Source: Minisyncoccia bacterium
GTDB taxonomy: Bacteria > Patescibacteriota > Minisyncoccia > Phycocordibacterales > UBA9973
NCBI GenBank assembly: GCA_049303695.1
Contig: JBAQNK010000001.1
Coordinates: 1-29,016 of the forward strand
DNA length: 29,016 nucleotides
Direction: 5' to 3'
Shown: positions 17,216-26,360 of the stretch, in pieces
Position numbering within the stretch: the first letter of the stretch is position 1
How the letters are laid out: each line of letters begins with the position of its first letter
Position numbers and translations under genes: made by a program
The notes under the pieces: generated by a model
Databases searched by the model: none
Told to the model about the DNA's origin: nothing
What the model saw: the letters and a program-made list of their open reading frames with translations, nothing else

Positions 17216-18964
17216 ATGAACTCTCCAGTTGAAAAAATTAAGGAGAGGCTTTCAATCGAAGAAGTAGTCTCTTCTTATATAAAGCTAGATCGCGTAGGTG
17301 GAAGCTTAAAAGCTAAGTGTCCTTTTCATAATGAAAAAACACCTTCCTTTTTTGTTTCCCCAGAACGCGGTAGCTATTACTGCTTTGGCTGTGCTGCAAA
17401 AGGGGATATATTTACTTTCGTAGAAGAATTTGAAGGTCTTGATTTCAAAGGGGCTCTTAAACTGCTAGCAGATAAAGCTGGGGTTGTTCTTGAAAAATAC
17501 AATAAAGAAGAAGAAAGTGAAAAAGAAAGACTATACAGAGCCATGGAAGAGGCTACTTTGTTTTTTGAGAATAATTTGAAAGAAAACAATGAAGCTTTAG
17601 AATATTTAAAATCTCGTGGATTAAAAGATGAATCTATAAAGAATTTTAGAATTGGTTTTGCAAAACCAGAATGGCGGGAACTTTATTTTTACTTAAACAA
17701 AAAAGGTTTCACTGATGCTGATTTAGAAAAAGCTGGACTTGCAAAGAAATCTGAAAAAGGTTTTTATGACAGGTTTAGAGGGAGAATAATGTTTCCAATC
17801 TCTGACTCAAGCGGAAGAGTTATTGCTTTTTCTGGAAGAATTTTTGTTGACGATGGAAAATCTGCCAAATATTTAAACAGCACTGATACTCCTATTTTTA
17901 GCAAATCTTATGTTCTTTACGGGCTAGATAAAGCGAAAGAATCAATTCGTAAAAATAATTTTTCTATTTTAGTTGAAGGTCAAATGGATTTGGTTTTATC
18001 TCATCAGGCAGGATTTAAAAATACCGTTGCTTCGTCTGGGACTGCGCTTTCTGATTCTACTATTTCTAAAGAAAATGTCGTTTCTAACTTGGGATTGATC
18101 CGTCGTTTATCAAGCAATATTGTGCTTGCTTTTGATGCTGATAAGGCTGGAATAAATGCAGCTAGTCGTGCTGGAAAAATTGCTTTGTCTTTAGGCATGG
18201 ATGTAAAAGCGGCTCAAATGGAGGACGGGGTTGATCCTGCTGATTTAATTTCAAAATCTGGTTCAGACGCATGGAAAGAAGCTATTCGAAATTCAAAACA
18301 TGTAATAGAATTTCTTTTAAATAGAATTTTAAAAAATTATGCTGGAGATATACGTAAAATAGGGAGGGAGCTGAAAGATAAAATATTGCCTTATGTGAAT
18401 GCTCTTGAAAGTTCCATTGAAAAAGCTCATTTCTTGAAAAGAATAAGCGATATGACTCAGATTCCAGAGTCAGCACTGAAAGATGATTTAAAGAAAATAG
18501 AACAAGAATTACAGTATGATAAAAAAGAAATAAAAGAAATAGAGAAATCTGAGAGTGGATTTTTTAGAAAGGATTACATTGAGCGTAGATTGCTAGGTAT
18601 AATTATTTGGCAGAAAACTCTTTCAAAACAATCAATTGATGTCGGCCAAGTCTTAAAAGATATTGCTGAAATTTTAAACATCAATGAAGATAAAATTTTA
18701 GAAAAAACGAAAGATAAGAAAGAGGATTTAATTTTTGAAGCTGAAGTTTTTTATGGAGAAGATATAGATTTGAATAAAGAGGTAAAGGAATTACTTAATA
18801 ATTTAAGAGAGGAATACTTAAAAGAAGAATTATCAAAAAAAATGAAAGAATTATATCTTTTTGAGTCGCAAAAAGATGAGAAAAATTCAGCTGAAGTTTT
18901 AAAAGAAATAAATATTATCAATAATAAAATACAAGTTATTAAAAATAGTCGTCTAGAAAAATAA
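17216..18964 (+). CDS. dnaG: DNA primase
   Basis: CHC2 finger [38 protein letters not shown] motifs LVEGQMD and FDADKAG. Confidence 0.97.
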   Translation: MNSPVEKIKERLSIEEVVSSYIKLDRVGGSLKAKCPFHNEKTPSFFVSPERGSYYCFGCAAKGDIFTFVEEFEGLDFKGALKLLADKAGVVLEKYNKEEESEKERLYRAMEEATLFFENNLKENNEALEYLKSRGLKDESIKNFRIGFAKPEWRELYFYLNKKGFTDADLEKAGLAKKSEKGFYDRFRGRIMFPISDSSGRVIAFSGRIFVDDGKSAKYLNSTDTPIFSKSYVLYGLDKAKESIRKNNFSILVEGQMDLVLSHQAGFKNTVASSGTALSDSTISKENVVSNLGLIRRLSSNIVLAFDADKAGINAASRAGKIALSLGMDVKAAQMEDGVDPADLISKSGSDAWKEAIRNSKHVIEFLLNRILKNYAGDIRKIGRELKDKILPYVNALESSIEKAHFLKRISDMTQIPESALKDDLKKIEQELQYDKKEIKEIEKSESGFFRKDYIERRLLGIIIWQKTLSKQSIDVGQVLKDIAEILNINEDKILEKTKDKKEDLIFEAEVFYGEDIDLNKEVKELLNNLREEYLKEELSKKMKELYLFESQKDEKNSAEVLKEINIINNKIQVIKNSRLEK

Positions 18965-18974
18965 ATATTTAAAT

Positions 18975-20207
18975 ATGAAGAAAAAAACAAAAAATAAAAA
19001 AATAGTTAAAAAGGCTAAAGCGAAAGTTAAGAAAATAAAGAAGGTTAAAAAAGTTGTAAAAAAGGCAAAAAAGATTGTAAAGAAAGCAAAAAAAGTTGTA
19101 GCCAAAAATGAACATGCAAAAAAGATGACTGCAGCTGAAAAGAAAGTGCATGAATTTTCTCGCCTTTCAAATGAAATTATAGAGAAAGGACGCAAAAGAG
19201 GTTTTATTACTTATGATGAAATTTTAAAAACTTTCCCTGATATTGAAAACAATATTTTGTTTTTAGACGAGCTTTATGAAAAATTTGGAGTTGCAGGTAT
19301 AGACGTTTTAGAAGGAGGAAATCTTTTGGATCTTGATGGCGACCTTAATGACAAGGATATGAATAAATCTACCATTCATGATTCCATTCAGATGTATTTG
19401 AAAGAAATAGGACAATATCCACTTATTTATGCGAGTGATGAAAAGGACCTTGCAAAACGAATTGAAAAAGGAGACGAGGAAGCAAAGAATTTGCTTGCTC
19501 GTGCAAATTTGCGTCTAGTTGTCTCAATTGCCAAGAAATACGTTGGAAGAAGCGCAAATTTGAGCCTTCTGGACCTGATTCAAGAGGGTAATCTTGGATT
19601 GTTTAAAGCTGTTGAAAAATTTGACTGGACGAAAGGATATAAATTTTCAACTTATGCGACTTGGTGGATTCGTCAATCTATAACTCGTGCGCTTGCTGAT
19701 CAATCTAGAACTATTCGTATCCCAGTGCATATGGTTGAAACTATTTCAAAATATAAACAAGTTCACAGAAGACTTAGCCAAGACTTAGGACGAGAGCCAT
19801 TAGCAGAAGAAATTGCAACTGAAATGGGTATTCCTGTTGAAAAAGTTCATGTGATTGAAAATATTAGCCAAGAAACAATTTCTCTTGAACAGCCAGTCGG
19901 TGATGATGATGACAAATCAACTCTTGAGAATTTTATTCCTGACGATAAAATTTTGCGTCCTGATCAGGAATCTTCTCGTAGAATTCTTTCTGATCAGATA
20001 CGTGAAGTATTAGATGAGCTTAGTCCAAAAGAAAGAAAAATTCTTGAAATGCGTTATGGGTTAACTGATGGAATTCAACATACTTTGGAAAGAGTAGGGG
20101 AAGAATTTGGAGTTACTCGTGAACGTATTCGTCAGATTGAAGCGAAAGTTCATGAAAAACTTCGCCAGCATGAAAAAATAGCAAGATTAAAAAATTATTT
20201 TGACTAG
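18975..20207 (+). CDS. rpoD: Primary sigma70 factor with a Lys-rich N-terminal extension
   Basis: Region 1.1 [13 protein letters not shown], 1.2 [11 protein letters not shown], 2 [13 protein letters not shown]...[12 protein letters not shown], 4 [20 protein letters not shown]; follows dnaG. Confidence 0.97.
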   Translation: MKKKTKNKKIVKKAKAKVKKIKKVKKVVKKAKKIVKKAKKVVAKNEHAKKMTAAEKKVHEFSRLSNEIIEKGRKRGFITYDEILKTFPDIENNILFLDELYEKFGVAGIDVLEGGNLLDLDGDLNDKDMNKSTIHDSIQMYLKEIGQYPLIYASDEKDLAKRIEKGDEEAKNLLARANLRLVVSIAKKYVGRSANLSLLDLIQEGNLGLFKAVEKFDWTKGYKFSTYATWWIRQSITRALADQSRTIRIPVHMVETISKYKQVHRRLSQDLGREPLAEEIATEMGIPVEKVHVIENISQETISLEQPVGDDDDKSTLENFIPDDKILRPDQESSRRILSDQIREVLDELSPKERKILEMRYGLTDGIQHTLERVGEEFGVTRERIRQIEAKVHEKLRQHEKIARLKNYFD

Positions 20208-20212
20208 CGATT

Positions 20213-20255
20213 AACTAAAAAATCCTCCGATGTTATATCGGAGGATTTTTTAGTT
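20213..20255. terminator. Bidirectional intrinsic terminator
   Basis: Perfect 19-bp stem AACTAAAAAATCCTCCGAT-GTTAT-ATCGGAGGATTTTTTAGTT between convergent rpoD and the DsbA-like gene. Confidence 0.88.
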
Positions 20256-20262
20256 TTGATTA

Positions 20263-20949
20263 TTATAATGCTTTTTCAATTTTTTGGAGAACTGATTCAA
20301 TTGGTTCTGCGCCGTCTATCGTGTCTACAACTTTACCATTTTTAAGTATGAAACTTTTTGGTGTGCCGTTTACACCAGCTCTAGTTCCATCATCAATGTC
20401 AGCTTGTACTTTTAATTTTTCTTTTCCACTATCAAGACAAGTGTTGAAAGAAGTCAAATCAAGCCCGATATCTTTTGCAATTTTTGGAAGCTCTGCTATG
20501 TCCAATCTATTATTAGAAGTAGTTCTTGCATAAACCTCATCGGCATATTTCCAAAACGTATCATTTCCGCCTTGTTCCCAAGCACATTCCATTGCTTCTG
20601 ATTCATGAAAAGCTTTTGGATGAAGTCCAGCTATTGGGTAGTGTCTATATGCCCAAGCGACTTTATCTCCTTTTTGTTCTATTACTTGATGCATTGTATT
20701 GTCAAAAACTTTACAGAAAGGACATTCAGAATCGGAATATTCAACTATTACAACTTTAGCATTTGAATTACCTAATAGGTGTTCATCTTTAGAAATAGGT
20801 TTTAGTTTAATATCTTTTAAATTAACGCCATTATTAGCCTGGTTTGAGGGTTTGTCTGAGGTTTTTCCTTTAATTAATATTGCCCCAGCAATTAATAACC
20901 CAGCTATAATTATTGCTCCTGCTATTTGTTTTCCATTATTTTTTTCCAT
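20263..20949 (-). CDS. Membrane-anchored DsbA/BdbD-family thiol-disulfide oxidoreductase
   Basis: N-terminal TM, VVIVEYSDSECPFCK (CxxC), YRHYP, AMECAWEQG..FWKY, cis-Pro loop GVNGTP. Confidence 0.9.
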   Translation of the reverse strand: MEKNNGKQIAGAIIIAGLLIAGAILIKGKTSDKPSNQANNGVNLKDIKLKPISKDEHLLGNSNAKVVIVEYSDSECPFCKVFDNTMHQVIEQKGDKVAWAYRHYPIAGLHPKAFHESEAMECAWEQGGNDTFWKYADEVYARTTSNNRLDIAELPKIAKDIGLDLTSFNTCLDSGKEKLKVQADIDDGTRAGVNGTPKSFILKNGKVVDTIDGAEPIESVLQKIEKAL

Positions 20950-20977
20950 ATTTTTATTATTTAATATTAATCTCTCT

Positions 20978-21007
20978 ATTATAGCATATTTGTTTTTATG
21001 TTATACT
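20978..21007. promoter_or_regulatory. Back-to-back extended -10 promoters
   Basis: Minus strand TGcTATAAT (20986-20978) toward the DsbA-like gene; plus strand TGtTATACT (20999-21007) toward the DUF378 gene. Confidence 0.6.
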
Positions 21008-21055
21008 TATAGTATTAAAAGGTCTTTATTATTAATTAATTAATTTTTAATATTT

Positions 21056-21355
21056 ATGTGTGGAAATTGCAAGAAAGGATGTTCAATGGGTATGATTGCT
21101 AAAATTTTAGTAATCATCGGTGGAGTAAATTGGGGTTTCGTTGGTTTAGGAATGGTATTAGGAAAGGAATGGAATCTCGTTCATTTGATATTGGGTTCTA
21201 TGTCTATGTTAGAAGCTATTGTTTATCTTCTTGTCGGTGTTTCAGCTGTTATGATGGTTTTCGGATGCAAGTGTAAGAAGTGTGATAATGGTGCTTGTGA
21301 AGGATGCAAGAGTGGAGTTTGTGATGTGCACAGTAAAACAGAAGGAAATATGTAA
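21056..21355 (+). CDS. DUF378-family small membrane protein with Cys-rich termini
   Basis: ILVIIGGVNWGFVG...WNLVHLILG...IVYLLVGVSA is the DUF378 pattern; 9 Cys in the terminal tails. Confidence 0.8.
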   Translation: MCGNCKKGCSMGMIAKILVIIGGVNWGFVGLGMVLGKEWNLVHLILGSMSMLEAIVYLLVGVSAVMMVFGCKCKKCDNGACEGCKSGVCDVHSKTEGNM

Positions 21356-21370
21356 TTTATTTTGTTTTAA

Positions 21371-21399
21371 AAATCCCCGCTACAAAATAGCGGGGATTT
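21371..21399 (+). terminator. Intrinsic terminator
   Basis: AAATCCCCGCTA-CAAAA-TAGCGGGGATTT, followed by T-rich sequence. Confidence 0.8.
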
Positions 21400-21417
21400 G
21401 TGTTTTTCACATTAAAG

Positions 21418-21426
21418 TGATATAAT
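21418..21426 (+). promoter_or_regulatory. Extended -10 promoter for the GT2 gene
   Basis: TGaTATAAT, ending 14 nt upstream of the ATG at 21441. Confidence 0.6.
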
Positions 21427-21440
21427 ATAAGCTATTAAAT

Positions 21441-22715
21441 ATGACTTCAGTATCAAATATAATATTTTTTATATTGACTTTTCTTTCTGTCTACGTGCAG
21501 GTTTTTTTTCTTTTGACCTTCTTTGAGAAGAAGAAAAAAATTCTTATCAGAAAAGAAGCTTTTGAACTTGATGAATATCCTGGGGTGACCATAATCATTC
21601 CTTGCTACAACGAAGAGAAAACCATAAAGGGAACTATTAATTCTTTACTTAATCTTGATTATCCAAAAGATAAATTAAAATTGATTATTATTGATGATGG
21701 AAGCAAAGACAACACTTTTAATGTTGCAAAAGAAGAATTTGAAAATTATCCAAATATTAAAATTATTCAAAAGAAAAATGGAGGAAAATATACTGCACTT
21801 AATATGGGGCTTGAGTTAACAGACACTCCATTTTTAGGTTGTCTTGATGCAGATTCTTTTGTGGACGCTCAAGCGTTAAAAAGAATAATGACTTACTTTT
21901 TAGATAAAGATACTATGGCAGTTGCCCCATCTATTATTGTTGATAATCCTAAAAATATATTACAGGGAGCCCAAAAAGCAGAATATGATATGGCTATTTA
22001 TAATAAAAAAATGTTAGCTTTTCTTGGGGGAATTCACGTTACTCCAGGACCTTTTTCAATATTTAGAAAAAAAGTATTTGAAGATTTGGGTCCATATAGA
22101 CATGCTCATAATACAGAAGATCAAGAAATAGCTCTTCGTATGCAAGAACATCATTATAAAATAGAACATTGTCCAGACGCTTATGTTTACACTGTAGCGC
22201 CAAACTCTGTTGGGAAATTATATCGTCAAAGGGTGCGCTGGATTTATGGTTTTTTGAGAAATGCGATAGACTACAGAAGATTATTGTTTAGAAAAGAATA
22301 TGGCACAATAGCATTCTTTACTTTACCTTCAGGCCTCATTTCTGTTGCTTCAGTAATTTTTCTATTTTGGATGTTTTTATATAACTTTGTTAGCTTTATT
22401 CTTAATAAAATAACCCAGATAAAAGTTGCTGGTTTTGGGTCTGTGGGTGGTAGTTTTCATTTTGACTGGTTCTTTTTTGACACTAAAACGATTTTCTTTG
22501 TTTCAATAATCTTGTATACTTCTATCGTTGTTTCGCTTTTAATTGGAAGAAGTATGTTAGAAGGCAAAGTCCGTTTTTCTTTTGATATTTTATATTTTAT
22601 GATAATTTATAGTGTAATAGCGCCATTCTGGATTCTTAAGGCCATGTTTAATGCCCTTAGGTCTAAACAGTCGAGCTGGACCTTAGAAAGAGACGTCAGT
22701 TTGGCAAAAAAATAA
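21441..22715 (+). CDS. Processive family 2 glycosyltransferase (PgaC/IcaA/cellulose-synthase-like)
   Basis: IIPCYNEE, DDGSKD, LDADS, TED, QRVRW (D,D,D,QxxRW); N-terminal TM and several C-terminal TMs. Confidence 0.9.
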   Translation: MTSVSNIIFFILTFLSVYVQVFFLLTFFEKKKKILIRKEAFELDEYPGVTIIIPCYNEEKTIKGTINSLLNLDYPKDKLKLIIIDDGSKDNTFNVAKEEFENYPNIKIIQKKNGGKYTALNMGLELTDTPFLGCLDADSFVDAQALKRIMTYFLDKDTMAVAPSIIVDNPKNILQGAQKAEYDMAIYNKKMLAFLGGIHVTPGPFSIFRKKVFEDLGPYRHAHNTEDQEIALRMQEHHYKIEHCPDAYVYTVAPNSVGKLYRQRVRWIYGFLRNAIDYRRLLFRKEYGTIAFFTLPSGLISVASVIFLFWMFLYNFVSFILNKITQIKVAGFGSVGGSFHFDWFFFDTKTIFFVSIILYTSIVVSLLIGRSMLEGKVRFSFDILYFMIIYSVIAPFWILKAMFNALRSKQSSWTLERDVSLAKK

Positions 22716-22716
22716 A

Positions 22717-23397
22717 ATGCAACAACAATTTGATTGGAAAAGATATGTAATAGTTTTTTTTATAACATTAGGTCTTTTTTTGACCGCGTTATATTTAAGT
22801 AATTATTTTAATGATAAAAAAGTCGGTCAACTTAAAACCATCCAAGATAAAATATCTATAGATATTTTATCTTCTGAAACTCAATTTTCTCTTCTCTCAG
22901 AACTTTCTTGTAAAAATGTTTCTGATTCTTTACTTTCAAGTGAGTTGAATGATTTAGGAAGGAAAATAGAATGGGGGCAAAACAGTATCGGTTCAACAGA
23001 TGAGCTTTCTTATTTGAAAAAATATTATTCTTTGCTTCAAATAAAAGATTATCTTTTGATGAAAAAAGTTTCTGCACGTTGCGGAAAGCAATCTGCTTTT
23101 ATTCTTTATTTCTATACTACTGCTGAAAATTGCAGTGAGTGTGAAAAAGAGGGAATAGTTCTTTCAGCTCTTCGCGATAAATATCCAGATTTAAGAGTTT
23201 ATTCTTTTGATTATGGAATAGATCTCTCAGCAGTTAAAGCAATGATTAATATTTATAAAATACAAGACACTAAGCTTCCTGCCCTTGTGATAGATGATAA
23301 TGTTCTCACAGGTTTCCACTCAGTAGAGGAAATGGATTCTCGTATCAAAGAATCTTTTAAGCTCCAAGCAGTAAAACCAGAAACAAAAAAGAAATAA
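22717..23397 (+). CDS. Membrane-anchored protein with a C-terminal thioredoxin-like CxxC domain
   Basis: N-terminal TM, helical middle with two Cys, ILYFY...NCSECEKEG, LRVYSFD, LPALVI; starts 1 nt after the GT2 stop. Confidence 0.7.
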   Translation: MQQQFDWKRYVIVFFITLGLFLTALYLSNYFNDKKVGQLKTIQDKISIDILSSETQFSLLSELSCKNVSDSLLSSELNDLGRKIEWGQNSIGSTDELSYLKKYYSLLQIKDYLLMKKVSARCGKQSAFILYFYTTAENCSECEKEGIVLSALRDKYPDLRVYSFDYGIDLSAVKAMINIYKIQDTKLPALVIDDNVLTGFHSVEEMDSRIKESFKLQAVKPETKKK

Positions 23398-23406
23398 TAT
23401 CTCCTA

Positions 23407-23435
23407 TTGATTTTTTCTAAAATATAGTATATAAT
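23407..23435 (+). promoter_or_regulatory. Sigma70 promoter for ORF 23491-24108
   Basis: TTGATT (23407-23412), 17-nt spacer, TATAAT (23430-23435). Confidence 0.7.
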
Positions 23436-23490
23436 GCCATACGAGTATTTTTACTTGTCCTTTTATATAAACAATTTAAAAAAATAGCAA

Positions 23491-24108
23491 ATGAAAAATC
23501 ATTTAAAACCCCGACTGGATGACCATTATTCAAGCCTTATGTTGCAAGCTTTCAATTTTAAAAAAGAAGGTTTTACTTCAAGGGACCTTGAAAATTACAT
23601 TTCTAATACAAATGAAGTTTTCAATGTGCAGAACGCTTACATGAAAGTTGACCCTCCTAAAAAAGGATTTGATTTATTATTTTACATGGAAAGAAATGGA
23701 TTTATTACTTGTGATGATCTTAGAAAAATTCTAAGGTCAGTAAAAGCTAATGAATTCAACTTAAGCCCCGTTTTTCTTAATTCACAAGCATTAAAAGAAG
23801 ATACTGCAAGTGATAAGATCTACGTTAGTAAATACTTTATTAATCCCATAGATATCAGCAAGATGTGGGCAATTCCTTTTTTATTGGATGAACAAAAAAG
23901 GAAAAATAAAGAATATTTTTCTCTTTCTGGAAAAGATTTTTCTAATGTTATTTATATAACAGATAAAAAAATGCGTTTTCCAGATTTTATTTTGTCTATA
24001 TTTTTTAGAAATGGTTCGTGGAATTGGGGTTCTTTTAAATTTAAAGAACTGGAAAAAATTCCAAAAGATTCTCTTATCTTTTCGGACATTTCTGATTTTA
24101 TAAATTAA
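23491..24108 (+). CDS. Hypothetical protein (205 aa)
   Basis: Long ORF with its own promoter and terminator; no confident family assignment. Confidence 0.7.
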   Translation: MKNHLKPRLDDHYSSLMLQAFNFKKEGFTSRDLENYISNTNEVFNVQNAYMKVDPPKKGFDLLFYMERNGFITCDDLRKILRSVKANEFNLSPVFLNSQALKEDTASDKIYVSKYFINPIDISKMWAIPFLLDEQKRKNKEYFSLSGKDFSNVIYITDKKMRFPDFILSIFFRNGSWNWGSFKFKELEKIPKDSLIFSDISDFIN

Positions 24109-24127
24109 TCAGTAATAAATGCATATT

Positions 24128-24159
24128 AAAAAACCAGAACTTTCGTTTTGGTTTTTTTT
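24128..24159. terminator. Bidirectional intrinsic terminator
   Basis: AAAAAACCAGAAC-TTTC-GTTTTGGTTTTTTT between the orphan ORF and the convergent tRNA. Confidence 0.75.
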
Positions 24160-24190
24160 ATTGCTTCACCCGTAGGGCGATGGCTAAGGG

Positions 24191-24263
24191 AGCCGCCTCT
24201 CAGATTCGAACTGAGGACCTTCGCTTTACAAAAGCGTTGCTCTACCAACTGAGCTAAGGCGGC
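24191..24263 (-). tRNA. tRNA-Thr(UGU), CCA end not encoded
   Basis: Minus strand GCCGCCT-TA-GCTCAGTTGGTAGAGC-A-ACGCT-TTTGTAA-AGCGA-AGGTC-CTCAG-TTCGAAT-CTGAG-AGGCGGC-T; anticodon TGT; followed by CCC. Confidence 0.95.
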
Positions 24264-24284
24264 TTGCTTTATTTACTTGTAAAT

Positions 24285-24313
24285 ATACTACCAAATTTTT
24301 TACATTCTATCAA
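24285..24313 (-). promoter_or_regulatory. Promoter for tRNA-Thr
   Basis: Minus strand TTGATA, 17-nt spacer ending in TGG, TAGTAT. Confidence 0.65.
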
Positions 24314-24332
24314 AACAGGGGAACAACTTATC

Positions 24333-24752
24333 TTAATATCTATTTTCTTCTTCTACTATCTTATCTTTTATTTCTCTAATCTTATTTTTATAATCTGACA
24401 TCATTTTTATAAATCCAGAAGCTTCTTTTTTTGTTACTTCACTTACTTTTTTGGGAAAATATTTGTTTATTTTTTCTTTCGTTTTTATCTTAATTTGTTC
24501 GTATTTTTGTCTTAAAATATGTGAAGCTCTTACATAGAAACGTATTATATTAACAAGGGTTATATATCCATACTTTCTAAAGTTTTTTGAAGTAAAATGT
24601 TTAACTTCATCTAAATCTGGAATTTCTACTAAAATTTTGTGCGTGTTCCCAACGTTTGAAATTTGCCCTCTTTTTAACAAAATTAATTTGTTTCCGATCA
24701 TTGCGGATATTCCAACAAGCGATATAAAAAACAAAATTAATACTATATACAT
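24333..24752 (-). CDS. Hypothetical single-pass membrane protein
   Basis: N-terminal hydrophobic helix and basic helical tail; 6 nt downstream of tsf. Confidence 0.75.
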   Translation of the reverse strand: MYIVLILFFISLVGISAMIGNKLILLKRGQISNVGNTHKILVEIPDLDEVKHFTSKNFRKYGYITLVNIIRFYVRASHILRQKYEQIKIKTKEKINKYFPKKVSEVTKKEASGFIKMMSDYKNKIREIKDKIVEEENRY

Positions 24753-24758
24753 TTCAGT

Positions 24759-25538
24759 TTAAATTGAAAAACGTTTTACTTCTTTTATTTTTGCTTTTGA
24801 TTTTTCTAAGAGCTTTCCGATTGTTTCTTCAGGGTTTTTTATGAATGGTTGGTCAAGTAATGTTTTTTCTTTGAAGTATGTTGATATTTTGCCTTCTAAC
24901 ATTTTTTTCTTTATTTCTTCAGGCTTATCAATAATTGCAACTTCTTTTTCAAAAATCTCAGTCATAGTCTTTTTAGCTTCTTCGTTTATATCTTCTCTAA
25001 AGATATATTCTGGTTTCATTGCTGTTATATGCATTGCTATGTCTTTTGCAATATCAGAACTTCCTCCTTCAAGACTCACGATAACGGCAGCTTTATTGTT
25101 ATGTACATAATTTCCCAAAACACTTCCTTCTACTATAAAAGCTTCACCTAACTGAATATTTTCTCCAGTTTTTTGGATGATTGGATCAATCATATCTTTT
25201 GCACTTTCTTTCATTTTTTCAATACCATCTTTGAAAGCTATGTCTGTAAGTTTTGACAATAGGGAAGTAAAGTCTTCGTTTCTTGATACGAAATCAGTTT
25301 CGCAATGAAGGGCAACTAATACTGACTTTCCAGTTTCTGATTTTATCATCACTGCGCCATCAGCAGCATTTCGGTCTGCTTTTTTAAGCGCGATATCAGA
25401 ACTCGTTTTTTTTAAGATTGCTAAGGCTTTATTCATGTCTCCTTCAGCTTCTTCAAGCGCACGTTTGCATTGCATTACAGAGATACCTGTAGCATCTCTA
25501 AGTTCTTTTATTAACTCAGTTGTTATTTGTGCTGACAT
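24759..25538 (-). CDS. tsf: Translation elongation factor Ts
   Basis: IKELRDATGISVMQCKRALEE, CETDFV, DIAMHITAMKP, LLDQPFIKN; follows rpsB. Confidence 0.97.
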   Translation of the reverse strand: MSAQITTELIKELRDATGISVMQCKRALEEAEGDMNKALAILKKTSSDIALKKADRNAADGAVMIKSETGKSVLVALHCETDFVSRNEDFTSLLSKLTDIAFKDGIEKMKESAKDMIDPIIQKTGENIQLGEAFIVEGSVLGNYVHNNKAAVIVSLEGGSSDIAKDIAMHITAMKPEYIFREDINEEAKKTMTEIFEKEVAIIDKPEEIKKKMLEGKISTYFKEKTLLDQPFIKNPEETIGKLLEKSKAKIKEVKRFSI

Positions 25539-25548
25539 ATAAAATTAT

Positions 25549-26265
25549 TTATTCTTTTTTAGTTGGCACTGACAATTGGCCAGATTTATAAGCGTTAACT
25601 ATAGCTGTAGTGAAAAGTTTAATTGAAGGGATTGTTGCGTCGTTGCAAACAATAGGATAGTCTAAACTTTTGATATTTGTGTCAGAATTTACTAGTGTGA
25701 CTACTGGCACATCTGATTTTCTAGATTCTGTTGCAGCAATATGTTCTGCGCGTGCATCTACTATAAATAGTGCATCAGGAATTTTTTTAAGACTTAATAA
25801 TCCTGTGTAATATCTTGCTAGTTTTTCCATTTTTTTAGCCATAACAACACGTTCTTTCTTTGTGTATTTTTCAAGTTCACCTGTAGTGCTTTCTTTATTA
25901 TATTTTTCAAGTTCGTTGATTCTTTTCTTTATTTCTGAAAAGTTACTTAGTGTTCCACCGATCCAACGTTCTGTCACATAAGGCATATTTAATGATTCTG
26001 CTGCGCTCTTTACTGTTTCTTTTGCTTCAGGCTTTGTTCCAACAAAAAGAACAATTTTGTTCTTAGAACCAAGTTCTTTTATGAATTCTAATGCACTATC
26101 AAGCAATAGAGTTGTTTTTTCAAGGTCTATTATGTCTGTTTTATTTTTAGTTGTGTATATATATGAAGATACAGAAGGGTGTCTTCGGGTTTTTGAATAG
26201 CCGTAATGTGCTCCGGCGTCAAACATTTGTTCTATTGTTATACCTTTGTTTTCTGTTTTTTGCAT
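25549..26265 (-). CDS. rpsB: 30S ribosomal protein S2
   Basis: MFDAGAHYGY, IIDLEKT, VLFVGTK, ERWIGGTLSN, IPDALFIVD, CNDA. Start at ATG 26265, since the 26307 ATG lies upstream of the predicted promoter. Confidence 0.96.
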   Translation of the reverse strand: MQKTENKGITIEQMFDAGAHYGYSKTRRHPSVSSYIYTTKNKTDIIDLEKTTLLLDSALEFIKELGSKNKIVLFVGTKPEAKETVKSAAESLNMPYVTERWIGGTLSNFSEIKKRINELEKYNKESTTGELEKYTKKERVVMAKKMEKLARYYTGLLSLKKIPDALFIVDARAEHIAATESRKSDVPVVTLVNSDTNIKSLDYPIVCNDATIPSIKLFTTAIVNAYKSGQLSVPTKKE

Positions 26266-26272
26266 AGAAAGT

Positions 26273-26301
26273 ATTCTATCAGAAAGCTCCGTATTTTGCA
26301 A
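26273..26301 (-). promoter_or_regulatory. Promoter for rpsB-tsf
   Basis: Minus strand TTGCAA, 17-nt spacer ending in TGa, TAGAAT, then 7 nt to the ATG at 26265. Confidence 0.75.
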
Positions 26302-26324
26302 ATTCATTTAAAAATCTCATATCT

Positions 26325-26353
26325 TTGACCTTCAGGCTTTTTTCGGGTAAGAT
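26325..26353 (+). promoter_or_regulatory. Promoter for proS-mreB-mreC
   Basis: TTGACC (26325-26330), 17-nt spacer, TAAGAT (26348-26353), then 7 nt to the ATG at 26361. Confidence 0.75.
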
Positions 26354-26360
26354 AGGACTC

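Noticed and set aside
23400..24263. Possible tRNA-anchored genomic island or prophage remnant
   Set aside because: No integrase, no duplicated tRNA 3' end (att site) and no compositional shift seen.
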